55,246 nucleotides of DNA from Chloroflexota bacterium (GTDB lineage Bacteria; Chloroflexota; Chloroflexia; QHBQ01): positions 1 to 55,246 of the forward strand of contig JAYUUN010000023.1 of the NCBI GenBank assembly GCA_043754535.1, written 5' to 3'. This document shows, piece after piece, positions 33,692-42,522 of this stretch. Each line of letters begins with the position of its first letter. Positions within the stretch are counted from its first letter, which is position 1. The translations under genes were made by a program, and so were the position numbers. The notes beneath the pieces were generated by a model, which worked only from the letters and a program-made list of their open reading frames with translations, had not been told where the DNA came from and did not search any database.

Positions 33692-35798
33692 CGTTGACGA
33701 TCCGATCCAGCCAGAGAGCCATCGCGCTGAAGCCGAGCAGCAGGAAGCTGGCGATCACCACCCGCTGGGCCTGCTTGCCGCGTAGCCACAAGGCCGCCAG
33801 CCCCACCCCTGCCGCCAACGCCAGCGGATAGATCACGTAGAGCAGGTGCTTGCCGATCATGTCAACCCGATAGTTGACGAAGTAGAACAGTGGCAGGATC
33901 AGCAGCCAGCCAAGCAACAGGTACTTGAGGTTCTGGCTCTTGTCTCCATCCGTGGGGGATACGTCGTCCAACGGTTGGCTGGCTGGGCCACGGCCTCGCC
34001 AGAGCAGAGCCAGCCCTGCGGCTGCGAAGATGAGCGGCAGCCAGCTACCGTAGAAGTTCACGTTGTCGAGCAGCAAGCCTAGCCAGCCACCCTTCTGCTC
34101 GCCAGGCAACTCCCCGCGCACGGCAGTCCCCTTGAGCAAGGTGGGGATGGTAGTTTCAAGCAGGCTGGGTAGATACGTCCTGTAGTAGATGAGGGTCGCC
34201 AGCCCTGCCGCCAGCAAGCCCGTGAGGGGCAGGTAGAGGGCGAAGTTGCGGCGGCTGCGGTGGTCGCGGCTGCCCAGTGCGCCCGCGACCCAGGCGACGG
34301 CTAGCACCAGCGGGGTGAAGATCACCATTGTCGGGAAGGAGAGCAGCACCAGGGTGAGCAAGAGCGTCTGAATCGCCAGCACTCTGGGGCGGTGCAACTC
34401 TTGCACGTGCAGGGCCAGATAGGTGAAGGCGATCAGGGTTAGCCACTGGGCGAAAATAGTTGGCAGCGTGCCGAACGACAGCACCCGGTAGCTGAGCGGG
34501 GTGAGCAGGTAGACCAAAGCAGCACAGAGGCCCGCCCGCCTGCCCAGCCCCACCCGGTTGGCAACGAAGTAGAGGATTACCGCCCCGCTGATGTCCAGCA
34601 GACAGATTAGCAGCTTGACCCAGGTTTCGAGGCTACCGGGCAGGTAGGCCAGCGGCCACATGGCAACGTAGAATAGGGGCGACTTGGGGATCAGCGCATC
34701 TGATCCCAGCCCCCACTCGCCCGGCGTGACCGACAGCACCCCAGGTGCCAGCAGCCGCCCCAGCCCGCCCGCCTTCAACTCGCGGATGAAGCGCAGGTGC
34801 CAGTCCATGTCCTTGACTATGGTCTGGGGCAGGGCCATGCCGCCGAACTTGACCGCGAAGGCGAGACTGAGCAAGGCAGCCAGGATTGCCGCACTGCGCG
34901 TTACCGTCGCCCGTTCGCTGATCGACTCGCGCTGCTGAATCCAGGCCAGGATCAGGCGGCTGGCAATCAGCACCACGTAGCTGGCCGCAGCGGTGAGCAG
35001 TAGGTGGGTGGCTGCCAGTGCAACCCCGGCGTGGGCGAATAGCAGCAGCCCAGCCACGAGCAGGGCGGCGGCGATGGTGATGCCCAGGGCTATATACTCG
35101 TCGAAGCGACCAATGCCGAACAGCAGGCTGACGAAGCGGTTAGCCAGCAGGTAGAAGATAGCGACGAAGGCTAGCAGGCGCAGTAGTACCCCCAGGGTCG
35201 GCTGCACGAAGCCAGCAGCCTGCGGTGTCACCCGCACCCAATCCAGCTTCACCCCCAACTGGTCGCTGCTGCGGGTGCTTGGGTCAACATAGGTGCTGCT
35301 GCGTAGCTCCAGCACAAAGTCGCGGGCGGCCAGGGCGGCGGGCTGGTTGACGGAGTAGGTGAGCGTCTGCCAGCCCGGTTGCAACGCGCCGTCAAAGACC
35401 TGCTGGCCGCCAACCAGCAGGGTCAGCGTCACCGGCGGGCGGGACGCGGCCTGCGTCGGGTCGAGGCGCAGGCTGAGAGTATAGGGCAGATTGCCGCCCA
35501 CACCAGGGATGTCCACGTAGGAGTATTGGTCAGTCCAGCGGTAGGTTAGCTGCGTCTGCTGGTCAAACTGCGGAGCGTGAAAGTTGCGGATGTTCGGCGT
35601 GTCGCCCACTCCGCCCACTTCAACGTAGTAGCTGCTGGGCGGGAACTGGTAGCCGAGGACGAGCAACCCCGCCAGCCCGCCGAGGACGATAGCAAGCGCG
35701 AACAGGCGGTGGGGCGCAAGGCACTGGCCGAGCAACTCCAACTCCTCGCGCCACCAACTGAGGCGGGTTTGCTTCCTCTGCAAGCGCGGGTCGCTCAT
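33681..35798 (-). CDS. Polytopic membrane protein, putative GT-C glycosyltransferase (paralog-like)
   Basis: Same architecture as the neighbour (YRWT domain, GVKLDWV, KDMDWH...IPKSP); coupled overlapping start/stop. Confidence 0.65.
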   Translation of the reverse strand: MSDPRLQRKQTRLSWWREELELLGQCLAPHRLFALAIVLGGLAGLLVLGYQFPPSSYYVEVGGVGDTPNIRNFHAPQFDQQTQLTYRWTDQYSYVDIPGVGGNLPYTLSLRLDPTQAASRPPVTLTLLVGGQQVFDGALQPGWQTLTYSVNQPAALAARDFVLELRSSTYVDPSTRSSDQLGVKLDWVRVTPQAAGFVQPTLGVLLRLLAFVAIFYLLANRFVSLLFGIGRFDEYIALGITIAAALLVAGLLLFAHAGVALAATHLLLTAAASYVVLIASRLILAWIQQRESISERATVTRSAAILAALLSLAFAVKFGGMALPQTIVKDMDWHLRFIRELKAGGLGRLLAPGVLSVTPGEWGLGSDALIPKSPLFYVAMWPLAYLPGSLETWVKLLICLLDISGAVILYFVANRVGLGRRAGLCAALVYLLTPLSYRVLSFGTLPTIFAQWLTLIAFTYLALHVQELHRPRVLAIQTLLLTLVLLSFPTMVIFTPLVLAVAWVAGALGSRDHRSRRNFALYLPLTGLLAAGLATLIYYRTYLPSLLETTIPTLLKGTAVRGELPGEQKGGWLGLLLDNVNFYGSWLPLIFAAAGLALLWRGRGPASQPLDDVSPTDGDKSQNLKYLLLGWLLILPLFYFVNYRVDMIGKHLLYVIYPLALAAGVGLAALWLRGKQAQRVVIASFLLLGFSAMALWLDRIVNGGR

Positions 35799-37027
35799 GC
35801 GCCCTGCTCGATAGCCAGCCTGTACTCTGCTTCTACCGCTGCCACCAGCTTGCTTTCGGCGTAGCGATTAGCCAGCGTCTGCCTACCGCCAGCGATCAAC
35901 CGCTGGCCCAACTCTGCGTCGGCTAGCAGGCGCAGGGTGGCGGCGGCTAGGGCGGGCGCGTCGTTGTAAGGGATGAGCAGGCCGTTGACCTCGTGCTGCA
36001 CTGTCTCACTGACCACTGGGATGTCTGTGCTAACCAGCGGTACGCCTGCTGCCATAGCCTCAAGCAGGGGCAGGCCAAATCCCTCATAGCGGCTGGGGTA
36101 GAGGTAGACATTGCTCTGGCGCATCAAACTGGCCTTCTCCGCCTCGCTGATCTTGCCGAGGAAGCGCAGATTGGCCGCCACCCCGCGCTCCGCCGCAAGC
36201 TGCATCAGGTGCGCTCGCTGTTCTGGGTTGTGGCTGACAAAGAGGAAGGTGGCAGTGGGGTGAGCCGCCACGATGGTCGGCATAGCCTCTACTACCAGGT
36301 CGTAGCACTTGCGGCGGGTTAGCTGGCCGATGTAGAGTATCCACGGTCGAGTCGCACCCCGCGCCCCCTCTACTTCTACATCGGTCTGGCTGTAGGGCGT
36401 GTCGTCGATCCAGAGTGGGATCACGCTGGTGCGGGCGGCTGGGATGCCAAAGTGGGCGTTGAGGATGTCAGCCTCGTGCTGAGAGCAGGGCAGCCAGCGG
36501 GTCGCCTGTCGCAGCGGCCAGTGCAGGGCGAAGTTCCGCAGCGTGTACTTCAGGCGGCGGCTGGCGAAGGCGCGGCGGATCGCCGTCTGCTGGTCGAAGA
36601 TCAGCCGCTCGTAGTGCGGGGTCTGCTCATAAGGAGCCTCGCGGTCGTCGATCAGGTACTCGTCATGGAAGGGGCCGAGCCAGGTGTAGACCAATGGCAC
36701 TCCTACTCGTCGGAAGTGGGCGGCGGCGGCGTAGGCCAGGGCGTTGCGCGGGTGCATGATATGCACCACATGGGGCTGCGGCTGGCTGACCAGGTGGCGC
36801 AGGTAGGCACGGTTGCGCCAGATGCGTGGGGGGACGCGCAGCACGGTGATGCCGTCGATCTGCTCGTCGTCGCGCAGGTCGGGATTGTCGGGATAGCGGT
36901 AGCCGTAGGCCGTCACTTGATGGCCGCGGCGCACGAGGGCGCGACCAAGAGTGCGCTCCGGCCAGTTGTAGAAGGTCTCACTTACCCCACCGAGGCCAAT
37001 GATCGCCACTCTCATCGTGCTGCCCAC
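35795..37027 (-). CDS. GT4 family glycosyltransferase
   Basis: YPSRYEGFGLPLLEAMAAGVP (EX7E), YIGQLTRRK. Confidence 0.93.
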   Translation of the reverse strand: MGSTMRVAIIGLGGVSETFYNWPERTLGRALVRRGHQVTAYGYRYPDNPDLRDDEQIDGITVLRVPPRIWRNRAYLRHLVSQPQPHVVHIMHPRNALAYAAAAHFRRVGVPLVYTWLGPFHDEYLIDDREAPYEQTPHYERLIFDQQTAIRRAFASRRLKYTLRNFALHWPLRQATRWLPCSQHEADILNAHFGIPAARTSVIPLWIDDTPYSQTDVEVEGARGATRPWILYIGQLTRRKCYDLVVEAMPTIVAAHPTATFLFVSHNPEQRAHLMQLAAERGVAANLRFLGKISEAEKASLMRQSNVYLYPSRYEGFGLPLLEAMAAGVPLVSTDIPVVSETVQHEVNGLLIPYNDAPALAAATLRLLADAELGQRLIAGGRQTLANRYAESKLVAAVEAEYRLAIEQGA

Positions 37028-37091
37028 TGCTGATCGCTTGTAGCTTGTAGCTTGCTCATCTGCTTGCCCCCATCCCTTTGCTGGCGCGCTT

Positions 37092-37121
37092 ATTATAAGG
37101 GCGAAGGCAGGATCGTGTCAA
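37092..37121 (-). promoter_or_regulatory. Promoter of glycosyltransferase operon
   Basis: TTGACA-N18-TATAAT on the minus strand. Confidence 0.7.
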
Positions 37122-37221
37122 AGGCTAAGCGGGGCTTACAGGGGTGAAGGCAGACCACCCTGCGTTGGGTTGGCTGCAAAACTGCTATAATCAGCGCAAG
37201 ATTAGACAGGAGGGCAGCGAC

Positions 37222-38094
37222 ATGACAGACGAATGGCAAACAGTAGGCAAGGTTGAGGAGCAAGGGTTGGTAGACAGCCGCTTGCAGCTACATTACGCAG
37301 CGCAACTGGCAGCGGCAGTCGGCAATACGCTGGTGCCAGCAGTGGCCGACTACAGCCACACAGCCCTCAACTGGTTCGCGGGTGGCCTGTTCAGCGGGCA
37401 GGTGGAGGGGGCAACCCCCTTCCGCGTCGGGCTGGACATGGCGAAGGTCGGGCTGATCGTGATCAGCCACACCCAGGAAACAGCTAGCGGCCACGTCAGC
37501 CAGAACTACCACCTGCCACTCAACGGGCATAGCTTCGCCGACCGACTAGCGGCATTGCAGGCACTGGTCAGCGAACTGGGCTATGCAGGGGCGCAAGTGC
37601 AGCCACCCAGCTACCAGCCAGGCGAGTTCCCTGCCCACCCCATTGCAGAGGGAGCCGCCTTCGCCATCAAGGAGGATCAGGCGGCGGAGCTAGGCCGCTA
37701 CTATGGCAACGCCGCCCTGCTGCTGCAAGCGGTCAGCGTGCAAGAGGCGCAAGCGTCACCCGTGCGCGTCTGGCCGCACCATTTCGATATGGCAACCCTG
37801 GTCAGCCTCGACCCAGCGGACGGTGAGCAAGAGCGCAGCGTCGGGGTTGGTTTCTCGCCTGGCGACGCTACCTACGCCCAGCCATACTTCTACGTCACCC
37901 CCTGGCCCTACCCTCCCACCGCTGCGCTACCTGCCCTCAGGGTCGGTCGCTGGCACACTGCCGCCTGGGTGGGCGCAATCCTGACCGCCAGCGACCTCTT
38001 GAGCGACAGACACGCCGACCAGCAAGCAAGGGCGCAGGAGTTCCTCGACCAGGCTATCGCCGCTAGCCACCAGCTACTTGCAGCCACCAACTAA
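37222..38094 (+). CDS. Conserved hypothetical protein, DUF5996-like
   Basis: LHYAAQL, SPVRVWPHHFDMA, GFSPGD...PYFYVTPWP motifs; ATG after AGGAGGG. Confidence 0.7.
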   Translation: MTDEWQTVGKVEEQGLVDSRLQLHYAAQLAAAVGNTLVPAVADYSHTALNWFAGGLFSGQVEGATPFRVGLDMAKVGLIVISHTQETASGHVSQNYHLPLNGHSFADRLAALQALVSELGYAGAQVQPPSYQPGEFPAHPIAEGAAFAIKEDQAAELGRYYGNAALLLQAVSVQEAQASPVRVWPHHFDMATLVSLDPADGEQERSVGVGFSPGDATYAQPYFYVTPWPYPPTAALPALRVGRWHTAAWVGAILTASDLLSDRHADQQARAQEFLDQAIAASHQLLAATN

Positions 38095-38236
38095 TCCGCG
38101 CCCGCTAGTGGGCCAACCACTGGCTGGCTCTGGGGCTGCCACTGCTGGTGGGGAGGCTAAAGTTGGTGTACCCTTGCCAGATGGTGTATAATTCTAATAT
38201 CGCGTATCAGCACCAGCTAAAAAGGCGGTTCCCTCC

Positions 38237-38872
38237 ATGACCATACCTACTGCCAGCATCCCCACCGTGGAGTTCTCTACGGTGCAGTCCGAACTGAGCA
38301 GCATCATTTATGTTAAAGCGGCTCCGAAGGTGATCCACCAGATCATGGAGCGTAAGTTTGAGGACGAGCAAGTTAGCGCGGGCGGTCTGTTCTTCTACGG
38401 CTACAAGAGTGCTGCCTGCCACCCGCTTAGTGTGGTGCAGAAGTTTGTGCTGCGGGCGCGGGGTTCGCTCGCCCTGGTGATCGTTGCCACCCCCACCCCA
38501 CGCCACTACGAGACCGGGCCGCTGGCAACCCAGATGTCTAGCAACAACCTGCACTGGCAGCCAGTGCCAGAGGGTATTCGGGTCGCCGGGATGTACGGCT
38601 TTGTCTGCCGCAATATGCGCCGGGTCGAGGAGGATAAAGGCGGGCGCATCAATCTGGCGAACTACATGGTGGCCGCAGGCACTAGCAGCGGCAAGCTGAT
38701 GAGCCAATATATGTACAAACCCGATGGCGACGGCTACCTGCCCGGTCGTCCTTTCTTCGCCTGCGCCACCCGCCTGACCCAGGGAGCGACCCGCACCGAG
38801 GACGCGCCCTTCACCGAGCAGGTTCTCTATATCGCCGAGATCGTCCCCCCCCACGCTGTCTTCCTGCGCTAA
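38237..38872 (+). CDS. Hypothetical protein
   Basis: 211-aa ORF with TGTATAAT extended -10 at about 38185-38192 and a strong downstream hairpin. Confidence 0.75.
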   Translation: MTIPTASIPTVEFSTVQSELSSIIYVKAAPKVIHQIMERKFEDEQVSAGGLFFYGYKSAACHPLSVVQKFVLRARGSLALVIVATPTPRHYETGPLATQMSSNNLHWQPVPEGIRVAGMYGFVCRNMRRVEEDKGGRINLANYMVAAGTSSGKLMSQYMYKPDGDGYLPGRPFFACATRLTQGATRTEDAPFTEQVLYIAEIVPPHAVFLR

Positions 38873-38892
38873 CCAGCCTGCAACTAGCGAAG

Positions 38893-38929
38893 ACGCGCCC
38901 GCTTCCTCTGTTGGAAGCGGGCGCGTTTT
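38893..38929 (+). terminator. Intrinsic terminator
   Basis: 14-bp perfect stem ACGCGCCCGCTTCC/GGAAGCGGGCGCGT followed by a T-run, between convergent genes. Confidence 0.85.
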
Positions 38930-38949
38930 GTGGCCGAAGATAACCTTTT

Positions 38950-39795
38950 CTATCGCACTGGCGACCGCCACTGGCTGACCAGCGACTCGACGGCGGTGAT
39001 ATAGGCGGCCTCATTATTATCGTCCGCACTCGGTGCGTAGCGCGGGATGATCGTCTCTGGCGTGCAACGGTCACTACCTGCCCCACAATAGAGGCCAGAC
39101 TGGGTGATCAGCTTGTACCAATGCTCTGCCCCCTGCCGCCACGAGTCGTAGGCTGCATAGCCGCCCCCACAGCGATAGTCTGCCACGCAGCGGATGTTGC
39201 CGACCGAGAGGTTAGCCACCGCTGCTCCTTGCGTCCCGGCACTCGATTCGTGGACGAAGAAGGCTAGCAGGAAGGCTGGGTCGATCCCATATTGCAGCCC
39301 CAGGTCATAGAAGCCTTGCCCCGTGCCAAGCGCAGGGCTGTGGTAGGCGGCCAGCACGCGCTCTATCATAGCAACGCTGATGCTGGGCAGACCCCGCACG
39401 TCGTAGTCTCTTGTCTGGCGCAGAGCAAGCCCCCCCTCCTGCGGCACTGCTGCTGGGGCGGCTGGCAGGGGGCTGGGCGGAGTGGCGGGGGCTGGGAGTG
39501 GCGCGGCCACAGGGGCGAAGCTGCTGCCGAGGTCGCGCACCGCCCCTGCGTAGCTAACGTAGCCGCCAGCTACCCCCCGGCTGCTGAGAACGAGCAAGGC
39601 ACCAACCAGCCCCAGCCCCAGCAGCGTCACCGCCAGCCACTTGAGCGCGGGCGGTCGCGGGGGCGCAGCAGTAGCAGCGAGTGGGTGGAAGTAGGGTGGG
39701 GAAGCGGATGGGAGAGCATGGGCAGGGCCGCTGGCGTTGCGCGTCCAGCGGCCACTACCCAGTTCGTTGACCTCAAAGTTGATCGCCTGGCTCAT
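38950..39795 (-). CDS. Membrane-anchored glucosaminidase (GH73-like) cell-wall hydrolase
   Basis: TM segment, Pro-rich linker, IDPAFLLAFFVHESSAG, GNIRC, YAAYDSW, IIPRYAP lysozyme-like motifs. Confidence 0.8.
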   Translation of the reverse strand: MSQAINFEVNELGSGRWTRNASGPAHALPSASPPYFHPLAATAAPPRPPALKWLAVTLLGLGLVGALLVLSSRGVAGGYVSYAGAVRDLGSSFAPVAAPLPAPATPPSPLPAAPAAVPQEGGLALRQTRDYDVRGLPSISVAMIERVLAAYHSPALGTGQGFYDLGLQYGIDPAFLLAFFVHESSAGTQGAAVANLSVGNIRCVADYRCGGGYAAYDSWRQGAEHWYKLITQSGLYCGAGSDRCTPETIIPRYAPSADDNNEAAYITAVESLVSQWRSPVR

Positions 39796-40457
39796 TGGCT
39801 GCTACCCCCTTGCAGGCTGCTCCGCTCGGAGGCGGTGATCGCCCGGAAGTTCTGCCCGTCATTGAGGTAGACGACCTGCTCGTTCTTGACGGTGAGCAGC
39901 AGGTCTGGCTTGCTATCGCCGTTCAGGTCACGGACGGCCAGCTTTGCCGGGGTGAGGTTCTCCTCTGCGCCAAAGAGGTAGGGGCCAGTGATCACGCGCG
40001 CCTTGCCGATGTCGCCACCAGGGATTTCGATCACGCTGATCTGGCGGTTGAGGTTGATGGCGATCAGGTGGGTGGGGCTGCCACCCTCCTCGTTATGGCC
40101 CACCAACGCATCAAGCTGCATCGTGCGCGGGCTACCGTACTGGAGGTCGTCGAGGCGCACTGCCACCCAGCTAACCAGTACGCTGAGCAGCAGGTAGGCG
40201 AGTAGAGCAGCCACCGCCACCCCTGCTGCAAGCACAACAGGGTGGATGCTGGCGAAGATGTTGGTGGGGCGGCTGGCCCGCAACGGCTGCGGCGGGAGCG
40301 CATTGTAGCTGCGGCTAGCAGCACGGGGACGGTGGCGCAGGGGGGCGGGTTCGTTGTCGAAATCAAGCTGATCCAGTGGTACGCTCCAACTCTTGGAGCG
40401 GCTGCGCGCCACCTCTGACTGCGGCTCTGGCTGATCGTAGTTGACACGGGCGACCAT
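39792..40457 (-). CDS. Single-TM membrane protein with DxNGDxxxD (FG-GAP-like) motif
   Basis: ATG after AGGAAGGAG; TM segment; DLNGDSKPDLL; ATGA overlap with the glucosaminidase gene. Confidence 0.8.
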   Translation of the reverse strand: MVARVNYDQPEPQSEVARSRSKSWSVPLDQLDFDNEPAPLRHRPRAASRSYNALPPQPLRASRPTNIFASIHPVVLAAGVAVAALLAYLLLSVLVSWVAVRLDDLQYGSPRTMQLDALVGHNEEGGSPTHLIAINLNRQISVIEIPGGDIGKARVITGPYLFGAEENLTPAKLAVRDLNGDSKPDLLLTVKNEQVVYLNDGQNFRAITASERSSLQGGSSQ

Positions 40458-40484
40458 GACTCTGCTCCTTCCTCTGACCCAGAC

Positions 40485-40512
40485 TAGAACGGTTATAGAA
40501 CAAAATTAGAAC
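40485..40512 (+). repeat. Three TAGAAC direct repeats at 11-bp period
   Basis: TAGAAC at 40485, 40496 and 40507 (GAAC-N7-GAAC-N7-GAAC). Confidence 0.8.
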
Positions 40513-40589
40513 AAGCGGAGCAATGCAATTGCCAGGTGACACCGGCTGGTGTCTCCCGAAGGTGAGGCTTGCGCTCTCTTACTGTTCAC

Positions 40590-40619
40590 ATTATAACCTG
40601 GAACATCCGTTCTTGTCAA
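40590..40619 (-). promoter_or_regulatory. Sigma70 promoter with LexA (SOS) box in its spacer
   Basis: TTGACA-N18-TATAAT on the minus strand with GAAC-ATCC-GTTC at 40601-40612; a second, degenerate box at 40628-40639. Confidence 0.8.
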
Positions 40620-40728
40620 CTGTTATAGCATATATGTTCTATCAGAGTCCATAATTGGCGGCTGCGGGCCAACCCAGAGCGAGGCACATAATTTGCATAG
40701 GATAGAAGAATAGCCTAAGGAGGATGTG

Positions 40729-41508
40729 ATGGAGGATCAGCAGAACCGTGAAGGTATGAACCTGGAGAACGACAGCAACCGCCGTAATGATGAGATGCGC
40801 GAATACCGCAACAACCTTGATGGCGACAGGGGTATCCCCGCTGGCACCGGCAGCACCGCCGAGGCTGACCCTGCTCGCGCCCAACCAGACCCTGGCCTGG
40901 ACGAGGCTTTCCTCGACCAGCAAGATGAGGATGACGAACTGTTCGCGGGCGACCCCGATGGTCTAGACCACGAGATTACGCGCGATGCCGTAGACCCGAT
41001 CAGTAGCAACGCCGACGTGCTGAACCTCAGCAGCGAGTACCTGCTGAACGACGAGCAATCGGGCTACAACATGGGCTTCGGCGACCCCGACGAAGACCTC
41101 GGCACCACCGACGCGATAGCGGCTATTGAAGACGGACTCACCTACTTCGCGCCAGTTGACCCAGTGATCAGCAGCCGCACCAGCGACCGCCAAGGGGCTG
41201 TGGTAGCGGGCGGCTTTGCCAGCGGCAGCCGCGACGAACTGACTGCCCCCACCGACCTGCTGGACGCACCGCTCGAACCAAATCGGGTCCTCAGCGATGA
41301 CGACCTGGCCGAGGCAGTGGTCGAAGCCCTGCGAACGGCCAGCTACACCACTGATATCCCGGTGGAGGTGCGAGCGCGCAACGGCGTGGTCTACCTGCGC
41401 GGGCAGGTGGGCAGCATGGATGATGCCGAGCAGGTAATGGCGGTCGCCGGTGACGTGCCGGGTGTGGTAGATGTGAACGATGACGAACTGGATTATGAGG
41501 GGATGTAG
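40729..41508 (+). CDS. BON domain protein with long acidic N-terminus
   Basis: C-terminal SDDDLAEAVVEAL...VEVRARNGVVYLRGQV...VPGVVDV; AAGGAGG RBS. Confidence 0.88.
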   Translation: MEDQQNREGMNLENDSNRRNDEMREYRNNLDGDRGIPAGTGSTAEADPARAQPDPGLDEAFLDQQDEDDELFAGDPDGLDHEITRDAVDPISSNADVLNLSSEYLLNDEQSGYNMGFGDPDEDLGTTDAIAAIEDGLTYFAPVDPVISSRTSDRQGAVVAGGFASGSRDELTAPTDLLDAPLEPNRVLSDDDLAEAVVEALRTASYTTDIPVEVRARNGVVYLRGQVGSMDDAEQVMAVAGDVPGVVDVNDDELDYEGM

Positions 41509-41559
41509 CAGCGTAGCCACCGCTTGACGCAGGCCGCCGCCAGCCTCTATACTGGCTTC

Positions 41560-42522
41560 ATGCCAAGCCCGACCACGGTGGTACCAACCTTCGCCTATCG
41601 CTGCCCCGCCTGCACCAGCCCACTGGACGAGCAGGCGGGGCGGCTATGTTGTGCAAACGAGGGGCGCGAGTTCGTCCAGCAAGGGGGTATCTGGCCGCTG
41701 CTGACCACTGAGCAAGCAGCAGCCCATGCCCCCTTCCTGCGTGACTATGCGGTGGTGCGGGCTAGCGAAGGCTGGGCGCGGCCCGAACCCGACTCTGACC
41801 TCGGCCCCAACGCCGCCTACTATCTGGCCTTGCCTGACTGGGATGTGAGTGGCTACTACCCGGCCACCTGGCGGCGGCGCAGGCTCAACTACTACGCGAT
41901 GTCGGCTGTGCTTGAGCAGCAAGTGGGCAGCCTGCGCCTGCTCGATCTTGGCGCGGGCAACGGCTGGATGAGCAATCGGCTGGCGAAGCGCGGCCACCAA
42001 CTCTGCGCCCTCGACCTCAGCCTGGACGCGCAGGACGGGCTGGCCGTAGGCCGCGTCTACTTCGCCCGTGAGAGCCAGCGGTTCGCCCGCGTACAGGCTG
42101 ATGCCCAGCAGCTACCGCTCGTCACTGCCCAGTTCGACGCGGTGATCGCCAACGACAGCCTGCACTACCTGAGTGACCTGACTGCCAGCCTGCGCGAAGC
42201 AGGGCGCGTGCTGAAGCCGGGTGGCGTACTGCTGATCCTGGATAGCCCCTGCTACCCCGACCAGACAGAGGGCGAAACCGCGCTGTCTCAGCTACGTTCT
42301 TACTACGAGCAGTTTAAGCTGCCTGCCCTCGACTACCACCCCGGCTATCTCGTGCGTGAGCAGCTTGTGGGCGACCTGCAAGTGGCAGGCTTCGCCCTGG
42401 TGGGCTGGCAAGGGCCATTTGCGGGCGTGGAGAGCGGGCTGCTAGCCTGGTGGCGCAAACTGCGCGGCAGGCCAGCCCCCAGTGAAACCTACCCGCTGAT
42501 CGTAGCCCGCAAGGACAACTGA
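41560..42522 (+). CDS. Class I SAM methyltransferase with N-terminal CxxC (Trm112-like) segment
   Basis: YRCPACTSPL, LLDLGAGNG, DAQQLPL, RVLKPGG. Start probably ATG 41560 (leaderless). Confidence 0.87.
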   Translation: MPSPTTVVPTFAYRCPACTSPLDEQAGRLCCANEGREFVQQGGIWPLLTTEQAAAHAPFLRDYAVVRASEGWARPEPDSDLGPNAAYYLALPDWDVSGYYPATWRRRRLNYYAMSAVLEQQVGSLRLLDLGAGNGWMSNRLAKRGHQLCALDLSLDAQDGLAVGRVYFARESQRFARVQADAQQLPLVTAQFDAVIANDSLHYLSDLTASLREAGRVLKPGGVLLILDSPCYPDQTEGETALSQLRSYYEQFKLPALDYHPGYLVREQLVGDLQVAGFALVGWQGPFAGVESGLLAWWRKLRGRPAPSETYPLIVARKDN

